NCBI GenBank assembly: GCA_002189035.1
Contig: CM007992.1
Location: 2,914,001 to 2,978,000 of the forward strand
From: Utricularia gibba
Taxonomy: Eukaryota > Plantae > Magnoliophyta
Length of the DNA stretch: 64,000 bases
Reading direction: 5' to 3'
Part shown: positions 49,409-63,003 of the stretch, in pieces
Layout of the letters: every line of letters starts with the position of its first letter
Position numbering within the stretch: the first letter of the stretch is position 1
Program-made: the position numbers and the translations under genes
The notes under the pieces: model-generated
The model's input: only the letters and a program-made list of their open reading frames with translations
Databases searched by the model: none
What the model was told of the DNA's origin: nothing

Positions 49409-50829
49409 TCAGAGGTATCGGCGCTGAATCCTGGCTTTGTTCTCCTCCCACCATAGCCTTGCTTGCGTCTCCTCGAACCTGTCGCGGCTGCATTCAAGAG
49501 TGCACTCGTCAGCCTGATTAATGATCACGGGAGACAGAGTTGCTTTTTCACAAGCTCTTGTGAGGTCGATTGGTTCACCTGAACCGTACTCTTCGAAGCT
49601 CCCGGGTGCCGGTTGAGGACACGCCGATGGTGATGTAGACTCCCGGCTCGTCTTGCTCCACCCACTCGCTTTCCTCCTGGTCGCTACCCGACGACCTTGC
49701 AGAGGCCTCCATCGAAGACAGAGTCTCGTTGGGGACCGACGGCTGTTGCTCGGTGTCAGAGACCTTAACCAGAAAGCAGCAGTTTTCTCCATCGATCATA
49801 CAACAAACGACCAGATATTGCAGACATGAAAGTAAGAAAGAAAAGAGATTCCTCCCCTCTTCTACCTCGTTGTTTTCCGGTGCCTTCGGGTTGGAATGCC
49901 GGTGCGACTTTCGGACATTGTACAGCTCCATCACCTTGTCGTAGTTCTCCGCCCACCACCGCTGCGCCCCAGCCTTGTCGAACAAATCCCGACTGCACCA
50001 CAAGAAGCAAGTTGTGAAAACCAGGGGCGGGCGATTGAGCCATTGTTTTCAAGGTGTAGTGGACCCGTAGAGAAATAACTATTCTTCAAGTATCCACAGG
50101 CCTAACTCAGTCTCACAGAACCAGATCGTACTGCAAAAAGAAGAACTAAAACGCCAGAAAAATAAAATAAATAAATACAATATTTTATTATTAAATATCT
50201 TGCATATGACGTGGTACTCCCACTGCAGACTCACATGCCCCCTTCAATTTATCCACGACAACAAGTAACGAAAAATATCGGTTTTAATGGAAGGAAATTC
50301 ATTTTTAAAATATTTTTTGTAAATATTATTTTGGAAAAATAATTACGATTTTGATAAATGCCTTTTTGTATGTACTTTTCTTTACCGGGTACCTGAATCG
50401 GATCTTTTTGAGATCGTTGGCGCCGTGAACCATGGAAACAAACGTAATCAACACGCCTGGCTCGACCTGCGCTACCCACTCCTTCTCCTCCTCTTCGTCT
50501 TCCTCCGCGAAACACGCGGACTCGGTTCTACCGCTCGCGGAAGCAGGCGTACACGACCCGCTCAAAAACGATTTCAACTTCCTCTCCGCTTGGTTCAAAT
50601 TCTCCGCTCTCCGGTACGAACCACGAAACCGCTCCGAATCGACGTAATTCCGTCCCGCGCACGGCGGATTGCACTTCGCCGCCAATCGAATAATCCTATC
50701 GATTGGGCTCTTATTCGAAGGCGTCGGCGCGGCGGCAGCGGTTTCCGATGAGCGATCGCCGTCATCCTCCGGATCTCCGCTGCGGAGAGAACCGTCGATC
50801 CGCTTGGCACATGGAAGGCAAGTTAACAT
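49409..50829 (-). CDS. BRXL: BREVIS RADIX-like protein (two BRX domains), 4 exons
   Basis: Exons 50829-50393, 49992-49866, 49763-49579, 49487-49409. MLTCLPC start; EWVAQVEPGVLITF...LKKIRFSRDLF...AQRWWAENYDKVMELYNV; EWVEQDEPGVYITI...ELRRVRFSRDRFEETQARLWWEENKARIQRRYL*. Confidence 0.93.
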
Positions 50830-51748
50830 CGGAGATCTAGTAGTAGTTGGGGGGGAGGAACAGAGCAGCAGGAAGCAGATTGACAAAATGGGAGGGAGAG
50901 CCAGAGACAGACTGGGGGCTTTAAATTTAATGCATGGTACGTATAGGAAAATATAAATAAATATAACCATTAATAGCAAAATTCAATTTTCATTATTATT
51001 ATTTTTTTATATAGCCGTTACTAATAATTATTCTGCCAATCTTATGCCACTCACATGAGTGGTAATTAATGGCCTGCATCTACTATCCACGTAGCCTGAG
51101 ATGAGATGAGATGTGCGAGCTACTTCATTTTCAAATTCAAATCCCATTACTATAAATAAATAACTAAGTGCATTATTTAACATTTAATCCATTAAAATAG
51201 ACATCCCAATTTATTAGACTAAAAATTTCTTAAATTGATTATATTTAATTTTCGAAGATTCTAGTATTTAATTATTATGTAATAAAATCATAAAATCATA
51301 CTTTATAATTAAATTTATAAATTATTGAATTTATTGAATATATATTTTAATGATTAAATATTACTTATTTTTTATTTAATCTAAAAAGATATTTACATAT
51401 TAATCTAGTCTCAAATTTTATTTTATTCACGTAATAAAACTAATTATATTAAACATAATATAAATCACAATTTCAAATTAATCTCATTATTAACTAATTC
51501 ATTAATTAATCAAGTTGCTTAGATCGTTCCATTTTTCCCCAATAATGAAGATTGCGGGAAAAAAATGGTGCTCTGAATAAAATAACGCACCCCGTAATCG
51601 GGTGGTGAAAATCCGGGTCGGGCACACGGCTCACATTATTGGAGACCCGGGTCTCTGGGAGTACTGTAAAAGAAAGGGGAAAAAAAAAAAAGCAATCAGA
51701 TAGCTTGTTGAAAGCTATTTACTTGATCGACGGGCAGGGATCGGAGGC

Positions 51749-54700
51749 TTAGAGCAGCATGGACTCCGGGTTCTCTATGTAACCCTTGAAGGCCTTGAGC
51801 CATTCTGCTCCTATAGCACCTGCGAATGCGAACCAGTTGCGTACAGTTATCATGGGGAATTGTAAGAGGAACCATGAACGTGGGCGGAAGGCATACCGTC
51901 AATGACTCGGTGGTCGCAGCTCAGAGTGACGGACATCAGCGAGGCGAATTTATATTGTTCAGGGCCATCGGCAGGAACCACCCTTCTCTCAGCTACTCGT
52001 GTGAATTCACAAGCAGGATAAATTTAGTGTGTGTGTGCTTAAAAAAAGAAAGGAAGGGAAACCTCTGTACTGACCGGATCCGACTGCAAGAATGCCGGCC
52101 TGGGTGGGTTGATAATGGCACAGAATTGCTTGATGCCGAAAGGTCCTCCCAAATTTGACACAGTGAATGTGCCTCCCTGAAGAAAGAGGATTATGGTTGA
52201 AGGGGAATTATGTCATCGAAAAACCCCATCTTGAAGTTAGTTTCACCTCGTAATCCTCTGGTTTCAGGGTGTTGCTTTTGGCTTTCTCGGCCAAATATTT
52301 CACTTCATCGGCTATCTTTGATAGCCCTTTCTTGTCCGCATCCTGAAAATTTTGATAGGGATGCCGTGAGAGTGAGTCTTCACCATAAAGTTGCTATGGA
52401 CGAAACTGTAGACACTCTTATTTGCGTGTATGGGAGGCAGTCTTACCCTAATGACAGGGACAAAGAGCCCATTGTCTGTTTGCACGGCAACATTGATGTT
52501 TACATTGTGGTACCTGCATCAGAAGACAGCAAAATGCATCAAACAATGCATGAAGTTTAGTAACCAGCTTTCACTGTCTAGCATACTTACTGGCGAATGT
52601 AGTCATTTGTCCATGAGCTGTTGCACTGAGGAACCTTTTTAAGAGCTAAGGCAGCAGCCTGCAGGTAATATTTACTTACATTCAGCAAGGAAACGGACAA
52701 CTATGCGACCCAAAAGATGTCTTTTACAATAAATTGTCTCCAGCATCAAGATACACACGTGAGTAATACAACAGGTCAAATGAGATTCTTGATATACCTT
52801 AATTACGAGATCATTAACAGAAATTCTTTTCCCACCAGAAGATTCCTGCAATGAATTCAGTTGCCCCCGCAATCTGTAGATGAAAAAAAAAATGGTGTAA
52901 AGGGTCTGAAAAATTATTACTGTTTTATTTTTTTGCTGCAAGTAACAACTCACTCCAAGAGCTTGTCGACGCATGTATCTACTGTAAGGTAATAATGAGG
53001 AATGGTTTGTTTCGATAACAGCAGCCTGGATGCTGTGACCTGCAAAAAGAATTAGCATTAGTTAAATACATGACATTGTTGAACAGAAAGAAAACCAACA
53101 GATATACAATTTAAAGACTCCATTTTACAGACAGGGGCCACACCATACGAAGATTGGTATCCTTACCTTTCGAATTTGTGAATGCGGGATGTCTACGTAA
53201 TCTAGGCCCACGGGGGTTGCTGTATCAACTCTACTAGGTTTTGAAGCTTCCTTCTTACGAGAAGCTATAGTGGACCAAGAAGAAAGGTTCAGTAAGTCAA
53301 AGCTTTCATAATCAATAGAATGAACATTTAAGTTTACTTGAAAACAATCTCACAAAGATAAATAATGCATATGTAAGTCAGGCCAGATCAAGGATAAATG
53401 ACTACCAAGATAATCTTCAATATCAGCCTTGACAATACGCCCATCAGGTCCCGATCCTTTGATGTCTGAAAGAGCGACCTGCATTAATACAAATTAGATC
53501 ACTCTATCAAACAAACCTAGCACCAAATCCTGAATTCTATAACTTCATAGTACACTATGATCTTCAGCAAGTTTCCTTGCAATAGGGCTGGCGAAAATTC
53601 GATCTCCTGTAGAAGATCCTGCAGTTGAACTTGGCTTGGAAGCCTTTGGCTCTGAAGATGGAGGACTGGACGCTTTAGCCTCTTCTTCCTTTGGGGAAGG
53701 AGTAGCAGGTTGGGATTTAGATGCCAAATCAGCTGCAGCATCAGTTGCAGACGGGGAGTAGTCCTTAAATTTTCCAACATCTTCTTCTTCTTCAACAGTA
53801 ATGGCAATTACCTAAGATGAACAGGTTAGTAAATGAGCTACATTGATGATTGAGACGTTGATTCCAGCAAAAAGGTCGTGAGGGGCCTATCAGCTGGTTG
53901 AATAGAAGGTCATTTAAATAATACCTCGCCAACTTTAATCCCACTTGATCCATCCCCATGCAAAATTTTTGCCAAAAACCCTTCCTCCATGCACTCCATT
54001 TCCACCGTCGCTTTATCCTAACGATATCAAATGCCCAAAGTGTGATTAAAAAAAGCGCAGAAATATATTAAATTTATATGCACTCACAGTTTCAACTTCA
54101 CAAAGCACTTCTCCAGGTGAAACCTTTTCACCCTCTTTCTTCAGCCACCTGGCAATATTGCCCTGTGCCATAGGACAAGAAAGTAATGATAACATGGATG
54201 ATCCATGAGCTAAATCAGTGCACTCCAGAAAGACACATGCCTCTGTCATTGTAGGAGAAAGCGAAGGCATCCCGATCTCTTGGTGAGGAGGGAAGCCTGA
54301 AAGCAGCAGCAATGTCGCAGTACAAGTTAATAGTCAACACTGAGTGGAATAATTTAAGACATTGAGATCAATAATAAGTTTGTGATCCAATCACTGACTT
54401 CTGTGTACCGAAATGAAAGTGAGTGTAACACTGACATAAGCAATGCAACTAAACATTGGAAATCCGCACAAAACATTAAAAACTAACCAGATTCTGTTGA
54501 ATATCCTCTCATGAAGCCTGATGATTTACTAAAAGGAAATCAATCTAATCAGATAAAGAGGAAAAAAAATCTTTTTCTGAAAAAAAAATAAAACAAAAAC
54601 ATCATTTATGGCTCCAATCGGGAGAACCTGCCATAATGCATGCCTAAAGCTGGTGTATAAAGTTCCCTTGACATCCACGAAGCATCCCTCCTGCTCAGAG

Positions 54701-55617
54701 CTACAGGTGATACCTTCATCAAATATACTGAAAAATCAAATTCATGAAATTTCCCTCCATTCAAAAGCATAAGCATGCATTATGATAAGACAAAAAAAAG
54801 GTTCAATGGATATAACCATGGTATTCTGTGTTGCTGAATTTTGACGGGGCCTGAAAATGCCCTTATTGCAACATTTTGAAATATCTGTAAATGGACATCA
54901 AACAGATATACAACAATGAATACGAGTATATCACATATCGTCACTATTCACGAGAATAAAAACTTGACATACTTCAAAAATAAATGGCAGAAAAATACAC
55001 AACAAGTATGCATCCTTGTACTCACAGTCTTTCGCATGTCCGCAAAGACACAGTAGCGTTCATAACAGAAAGTAATTAGAGAATCGAATCTGAGAAATAG
55101 AGATACAATGGAAAGATATTGGTTTAAAACCTTACCATCGATTTTATCAACAGAAGGTCTAACATTGCTTGACAACCCTCGGACAGGAATCCCATTACGA
55201 ATTCGCTGCAACTGGTGAAAAACATGATATGACAATTACAAACAAAGGAAAACTCACACATATCCTCGAAAAAAAGTGTACGCTATTCCATAAAATTGCA
55301 CATCAATATCTATGCTTCAAATACTAATCAGGAGATAAACGCCACCAAACCATTTCAACATACTCAAAACCATTTACCCTTCCACAAGACCCTGAATAAA
55401 AATCAACATCTTCCCGCATTCAACTCCCAAACCCATTAAAAAAAATTAGAAATGGAATTCCCACACCGAGCAAACGAAATCCGAATTTCGATCACACCAA
55501 TTCCTCCAACAATCCAATGCCCCCAAAACACGAAATTGAATCAAACAAACATACACCCACGCATCCAAAACGACGCACCCTCTTAGAGTAGCTCAAGATT
55601 CTCGAAGGAATCGGCAT
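51749..55617 (-). CDS. Mitochondrial pyruvate dehydrogenase E2 (dihydrolipoyllysine acetyltransferase, single lipoyl domain)
   Basis: [13 protein letters not shown]| start; lipoyl domain [13 protein letters not shown]|[43 protein letters not shown]; E3-binding [14 protein letters not shown]; catalytic LSCDHRVID|[23 protein letters not shown]. Confidence 0.93.
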
Positions 55618-57043
55618 GACGGCGCCAGTCGAATAGAAGTGAGGATGGGATCAAACTGTGCGAGAAGGTTCGGAACTTGGAACCCTGGGTTTTCCTTAAC
55701 AAGCGCAGTTGGCAGGCAGGCACGACCAGTCATATATAGACATTAATACTAATAATATTTCATTTGTTGATTTTTTTGAATTTTCGCTTATGTTGTAGTG
55801 TTTGTTTGATATTATAAAACATTATATTATGTTAAATAATCTTTATTTTCTGATTTGATAATAAGTGATATTTAATAATACTAATCAAATAATTTTCTTA
55901 TTTTATTTCTTAACTTATATTTAAACAAAAATTCAATCAATCATATTATTGTAAATACAATATTATTTTAGTTATTTTAAGAAAAAATGTATTTTTAAAT
56001 ATCGATTTTATTTTTTTTATTTACCAATACATAGATTATGTGTCTAATCAACTTGAGATTAAATAGATTGTAGTTGTTGGTTCATTATGTTTTTAAAAAT
56101 TATAAAAATTATTCATATTATTTTATTGTTTAACAATTTAGCATAATTAATTTTTATTTTTTCAAAAAAATACCAAAATTAATTTTTTGCATTTTAAAAT
56201 TAAATTTTAACAATTTAATACCTACTATTTATATAAGCGTTTTGTCATAAATGATTTTCATTGAAATAATTGAATTAATAATCAAGAATTATTTAAAAAA
56301 TTTTGGTAAAATTAATCATCAACTAAGTGTGATTAGTTTTTAAATAGTGGGAAACTAATTATCTCTTATGTTAAAACAATAGATAATTTAAAATATAGAA
56401 AATATAAAATTTTGAGAATGCATTTTTCATGATATTATAAGAATTAATTATATTCAGTACGTAAAATTTTGATAATTAATTTTATCAGCTGGGTGAAAGT
56501 ATACAATTTATATTAAAAAATATAAAATACTCTTACCGGAATGTTAAATATTTAGATTTTTTAACGTAATTTCCTCGATAAAAAAAAAGAAAATTTCAAG
56601 AATGATGAAATTCATATTAAAATTTTATTTGAATCATGAATATTTTGAAGGTATTTTGTATAAATTACAAAATTTTATATTAACACATGATAGTTAATTA
56701 TTTCTTAAATGATAATCCCTACAAAAAATATTTAATTAATTAATTTATTTTCTAAATCCGTCATTACTCTCACTAAACTAACGAAGAAATTAAAACTTCG
56801 AACACTTGCTCCTAAAAGGAGCGCACTTCCCACTAATTGCTCATTAGTATGCTATAAAATGGCGGACGAGCGGGAGGATTTTCGGTACCCGGGGCTCGAA
56901 TTTCGAAATCTCAGAGGGGAGCGAAGAAATTCCCATTTTCGTTGTTAATTTCAGAGGGGAGGATTTTAGTATGCTATAAAGTGATTCGGAGATCTGATCC
57001 GGCCGGACGGCGGTGGGCTTTGTGTGCTTGGGTTAGGCTTTCA

Positions 57044-58513
57044 ATGGGTAATCAGAAGCAGAAATGGACTGGGGAGGAGGAGGAAGCGCTGAAGGCGGGG
57101 GTAGCGAAGCACGGCCCCGGAAAATGGAAAGCAATTCTAGTTGACCCGGAGTTCGCTTCCAAACTTGGTAATCGTTCGAATGTCGATCTTAAGGTATGCC
57201 AATGCTTGCTTTGTTTGTAGTGTTGTTTGTTTTGATTTCGGTTAATCATTTTTTGTTTGGTATTGTTGGCATAGTCACTTGTTTGTTCTCGTCCTGAAAC
57301 TTTATCCCTTGCCATTTTGGTACACAACGTACATCAAATCTGGAATAACCTTGCTATGGTCATCAGGACAAATGGAGGAACATGGGTGCTGGCTTTGGAA
57401 GGACGAGCATTTCGATTTCAAAAGCAAAAGAAAGTATGTCCCATGCTGTTATACCAAAAAATCGAAAAGAATCTTCCCCTCCCCAGAGCCCAAGGGATGT
57501 GAAGAATGTCCTAAAGTATGTTGTTTCTTCAGAATGTCAATATGATGATCATTGTCAAGGCTACTATGTTGAAAAGCGTTTAGCTTGAGGAAATTGTGGG
57601 AAGTTTAGTAGTTGTGGTGCATGAATTACTAAAATGGGATTCATAAAAAAGTTGTAAACTTGGATTTCCAAATAACAAGATGCCTATTCTTTTTAATGAG
57701 CACATTTGATGGTTTTTTGTTGTTTCTTAGATACAGTGCCATGATTTATGAAGCTATTTCAACGTTGAAAGACCCCAGTGGCTCTGATCTTGGTGCCATT
57801 GTGGGATTTATTGAGGTAACTCTCTTCTCTCTGAATCCTCATTGATGGGATTTACTGCTTAATGAACATAAGGAGACCAGAATTCAACTGGTGATGGTGG
57901 CTTGTGCTATTCTTGACAGCAAAGGTACGATGTACCACCGAATTTCAGAAGGCAAATGAGTTTAAGGCTACGGAGACTTGTTTTACAAGGAAAACTTATA
58001 AAGGTCCTTGATTTTACCTCTTTTGAGATTCTTCTCGTCTGACATGTTGATTGGTGCACTGAGAAAGATTCCTAGAATTTAAGACTGCCAAGTTTTGATC
58101 TTGAACAATACAAATTAATGTTTGGGAACGTTATGCAGGTTCTCCAGCGTTTCAAGATCAAAGACGCCTCATTTGGCACGAAAACAACAACTTCAAAGCA
58201 AAGGGATGCCAAACCAGAGCCACCGCAGGTACCCAGTTCCAGTGTTCCCGTGGAAACCGTGAAAGAGGCTGCTATTCTGGCTGCGCAGCTCATTGCCGAG
58301 GCAGAACATAATGAATTCACGGAAGCAGAAGCAGTGCAAGAGTTTGAGAGAGTGTCTCAACTGGCTGAAGATTCAGAAATGCGGCTTACCCTTTACCAAG
58401 AGATGACTCAGCACTGTAAGTCTTGCCACTCTTGCTACTCCTCCTGTACTTAATATCATTGAACTAACTGTATTCACTACAGGTCTGTCGGGTGGGCAAG
58501 TCCTCCTTGGTTA
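57044..58513 (+). CDS. TRB4/TRB5: Telomere repeat-binding factor (single Myb-histone H1/H5-coiled coil; TRB4/5-like), 6 exons
   Basis: [32 protein letters not shown]...RSNVDLK|DKWRNM (telobox Myb); [19 protein letters not shown] (H15); [16 protein letters not shown] (coiled coil); ends [10 protein letters not shown]. Confidence 0.92.
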
Positions 58514-59585
58514 AGGTTCCTGCGCATAAATGTAGCAATTAGTGGATATGATGTGTTGATATGGTTAAGCTCCCCCCCTGCTGTGCTGCAAGATGGATGG
58601 AGTTTTTGTCTGGGAAGATGCAACTTTGTCCATTCCCTTTCTCCCTGTCCGTCTTTGGAGCTGGGAGTTTGTACCCTTGTCCTTAGTCTTGTGACCTTAG
58701 GCATTAGATTTTGTTCATATAGATCTTGTGTAGGAGAGACAATGTACAAGCTTTGCTCCGGGGAATGAAAAATATGTCCGTTCCTGTTCTCTTTCATTCT
58801 TAGCCGTTGATTGAATTGTAGATCAACGGTTACAAATCATCCCATGTGTTCCTCTAGGGAATAGATGGGGATACCGGGTACGGGCAGGGTCCGTTACGAT
58901 GGGCTGGGGTCGACCCGTTTCCTCTCTAGATTTGTTCATTTGTTCATTTATGAATGGGCCCTTCTTCTTCTTCTTCGTTCGTTCGTCCGATGCCTCCCCT
59001 GTGCTTGTTCGCGATCATTACCACATACACAATTGGGTCTTCTGTGCTGAAGCTGATTTTGAAACTATTTCTCCTCGATGTAAATAGATAGCGTGGTGTC
59101 TCAGGATAATGGCTCCAAGCGTTTCGTCCAAAGAAGTGGTGAAAACTATAGGATTGAGTGGTAGGTGGCTGGAAGTGTCAAGGTTAGTAACCTTGATATC
59201 TGGTTCCAATATCCGAGTATAGCATTGTCTCTGTGGGCGTACTGCTCTGAAAAAATGTGATGTCGAGGGTTTGAATAGTCTCAGTGAATCCCAACTCCTC
59301 ATATTCACATTCAGAGGTTCAATGCTTGTGATCCATGATGAATGAATGGCTCTTTATTGGGCAATTGAGGGACTAAACTTGCGCCCGTATAATATTGTGA
59401 AGATTTTCTCATGCTGGAACAGATGAAGCCTGCAAAGAATCTGAATCCTTTGTTCCAGTCCCGTATACCCTCCTTACATTTGATTCTCAATGGCCGGAAG
59501 AAAAAGGGATTGATCCTTGAAAACATTGTCAGGAGGCAGAGAGAAGCATTTACTGTGACAATCTAATGAACCATCAGAAATCCAA

Positions 59586-60826
59586 CTATCGCAGAAGTGA
59601 TCTTGTCAAATGCTCCGAGCAGTAGCCAGGGCTTGAGTAATTGTCTGTGAAACAATGGGGAACCAAGTTTCAGACCATCCGCGGAATTTCCAGATGTATG
59701 TAGGAAATAACATCACCTGCTCCGATAGGGGAGCGCCGCTTTCTGCATTAGCTGAGCCAACTTTGCTAGCAATGGCATTGCCATCCGTTTCTAGAACAAT
59801 CCTGGAATGCAGGGAGAGCATCAATCAATGAACAATGCTTCATTCAAAAAACAACCAATTCAGTGAAAACGGACCATTCCTAGTCTAGAGAATGATAATG
59901 AAATGCACAGAAGAGGTCACACACTGCATATGCTGTATGAGCATGTGCATCATCTAATCAATTCGGAGAGAGAACAATTTGCTTATACTTCATCAGCCAA
60001 GGATTTGAATAGCCATGATCTCAAGTAGCAGATTAGTATGAAAAAGAGGTTATAAGAGGAGCAGAGATGAGGGCATACCCTCCATCAACTATCTCATCAA
60101 GGCACAAGAGAATGAGATCCAAATTTTCCAATGCCTCCCTCAAGTCAACATTGTTCCTAGAACAAGAAAACAAGATGGGGTCGATGTCAGCGGAGAGGAC
60201 CCCTGAACAACACTATAGATAATAGCACAGATTTAAACCTGAGGAGAATGGTAGCTGCATCATAGAATCCTTGCAACACAGTTGAAAGAATCAATTCATT
60301 TTCATCATCTCCACCAGTCACATAGAAGTGCAGATCCTGAACAAATCTGTACACAATGATGTTGTTCTCCACCATTGTGATATCCGCTGTGGAGTCACAT
60401 AAAACACAAATAAGTAAAAAATCCCTCCATTTGTAAAAGCACGAATCAGAACTGTGACCCAAAGACCACACACCTTCTGTGCGAGCATTTGTCTTTTGAG
60501 TTTTCGTGAAAATAGACTTCTCAAAAGCCAGTTTCGCGCTGTTAGTAGGCCATTCATCCGAATAATACTTAACCGCGACACGCTTACCCTCCGGATCCAA
60601 CAGAAGTATGTTCTTGACAGTAGGACAGGCCTCCTAAAATCAACAAACTTCAATCAAAACAACATCAATATGATCATCTAAACCTCGCGATTACCGCGAA
60701 CAAAGATATAAATCGCAATGCACAACTACAAGCGATCGCCAGATCGGACCTGGTGCGTCATCCTTTCCGGTAAAAGATCAATGTCGCATGACGGAGAAAA
60801 CTTACCCGGCTGAGGAAGGTCGCCAT
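59586..60826 (-). CDS. COPZ: Coatomer subunit zeta (COPI), 6 exons
   Basis: MATFLSR|[26 protein letters not shown]...[17 protein letters not shown]...|[26 protein letters not shown]|...LSEQ|[10 protein letters not shown]. Needs +1 G at 59615-59616 to end EHLTRSLLR*. Confidence 0.93.
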
Positions 60827-61024
60827 CGTTAGATTGCAGCCAAATAAACAATAAAAATACCGCAGCAGAATATACCAAACCACACTTCTATTCTCCTCAA
60901 ATCCAACACATGGCAATATACAGTGAAGTTTTGTTGGTTGGGACTCATTGGGCCTTATAATTAACAATCACGTTGGGCTTCAAATAAACGTTAAAACCAT
61001 AAGCCCATTTTTTAAATATTTAAG

Positions 61025-61260
61025 AAGTGTTTTGAAAAATTTTTAAAATCTATTTTTATTTTTTAGAAATAAAAATAATTTTTTTTTAAAAATATTTTTA
61101 ATTGTAAAATTTTTTCTATAAAAAACACTTTAAAAATTATAACTACAAAAATTATTTTTAGAAAAATAAGAAGTTAGTTAATTTTATTTTTTACTTTTAC
61201 TTTTTAAAATTATTTTTAAAAAATAAAAATAGATTTAAATTTTTTTTCAAAATAGTGCTT
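61025..61260. mobile_element. AT-rich MITE with ~40-bp TIRs
   Basis: AAGTGTTTTGAAAAATTTTAAAATCTATTTTTATTTTTTA ... TAAAAAATAAAAATAGATTTAAATTTTTTTTCAAAATAGTGCTT. Confidence 0.65.
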
Positions 61261-61454
61261 TATTTTATTAATTATTTATTTCATTTTATATATAACCACT
61301 ATATTTGTAAAATACAGTTTTTTATTCGAGAAAAACTATATTTTGAAATACATTTTTGTAAAAAAATATAAATTTCGTATAACTTATATTACATATTAAT
61401 ATATTTGATTGAATTGATATTTTTTATTTTTTAACATTATAAACCTTAATATTT

Positions 61455-62430
61455 TTTTAAAGTTGAAGTTTGATGATGTCACCTGTATAAAAAATTTAAT
61501 TTCAAGTTTTAAAATTATGTCATACGACTTTCAAGTTGTATTTTTTATAAATAATTTATTTTTAAATTTATGAAATTGTATATTTAATTTTTCATGTTCC
61601 CAAAACTAACTTATTTTCAATCTCAATGTCATTTCTATTGTGCATCATTATAAACAATATATATACTTTCTGTTCGTTTTATTCTAATGGTATTACACTT
61701 ATTGAACTCCAAAAATCACGATATACGAATACAATATAATCCTAATAATGGATTTTGATTCATCAAACTCCTTATACGAATGTGAAAAAGTTTTATTATA
61801 AAATTTTTTTGGACGTGAGATCAAAATTCGTTTACGACATCATGAATCAATTCATGATCTAAAAGTTCGAAAAAATCATTTGGGCCTTTTGACAATTTGA
61901 GGTATCTTTTGTACATTTATGAAACATAAAAGTTAATCTCATTGAAAATTGAGGTGTTATTTTTACAATTTTAGTAAATAATGACATAATCTATTTTAGC
62001 ATAAATATATCTTATTTAACAAAAAAAATTCCGAAATTAAAAAATACATATGCCAAAAAATAATATATGGGCATGAGTTATGATTAACTTATGCCCTTAA
62101 CAATATCATATAGTTGTGGGTTAGTCATAACCTACACCTATATGATAAGTGAAATAAGGATATAGTTTATAACTAATCCTCATCCTTAATGAGTATGCAG
62201 GAACATGATCTTCTTCATTGTCCTGAATAATATCATATAAGTGTGGACTATGATTAACTCTTACTTTTTTAATAATGGGTGAAGTTTGACGGTGTCACCT
62301 TAAGTTATAGTCGTTATAAAGAATTTAACTCTCAAATTTTAAAATTACATCATAAACTTTTCAACTTATATGTTTTGTTAATAATTTGTGTCTTAACTTA
62401 TGAAATTTCATATTTAACTCTTTATGTTTG
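61455..62430. repeat. Two diverged ~150-bp direct repeats (61455-61600 and 62280-62430), probably DNA-transposon derived
   Basis: GAAGTTTGA(T/C)G(A/G)TGTCACCT...TTTTAAAATTA...ATGAAATT..ATATTTAA in both copies. Confidence 0.6.
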
Positions 62431-63003
62431 AATCTTTTTTGAACAGTTTTGACAATTGTTTGGATCTTTTTTTATATATTTAACCTCTTTTTTAACTTAT
62501 CATTTTTAGTTATTCTATGCATATTTAATCTCTCATGTTTGATTCAATTTTTAAAAATTTTGAAAATTGTTTGGATTTTCGTTAAACGGTTTTTTTTTTT
62601 TGTTATTTTTCAGATTTTGATATGACTAAAATAAGATATTCTTTATTGCATGAGGAATCTAGTGAACATGATGATATAAATTTGGAAATGAATGTTACTT
62701 AGACTAGGTGGATTTTAAAACTTAGACCTCTAATTCTTATGTGTGGCAAATAATGGTAGAAAGTAAATATGATAGAGTAATTTATAATATTCACTTAGAA
62801 TCATTTATAAAAGTGGCCATGCTACCACTCTCTTTTTAACAATTCACAGTGATCATTTTTTTTCACACTTCATCAAGAATTGGTTAAATTTGTAATATGA
62901 CTTCACTTAAATAAGAGGCAAAAGAAGGTTCTGTATAACAGTCTAAAGTTATATTCATTTAAAAAAGACAAGTAAATTTTGTGGCCATGGTCGTGGATGA
63001 AGT

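Noticed and set aside
50018-50028. AAACCAGGGGC match to the hypoxia-responsive promoter element (ERF-VII target)
   Set aside because: Single copy inside a BRX-like intron, with no other support.
59030-59052. GGGTCTTCT before CTGA as a 25S Gm guide
   Set aside because: Mismatch within the guide and no plausible box C upstream.
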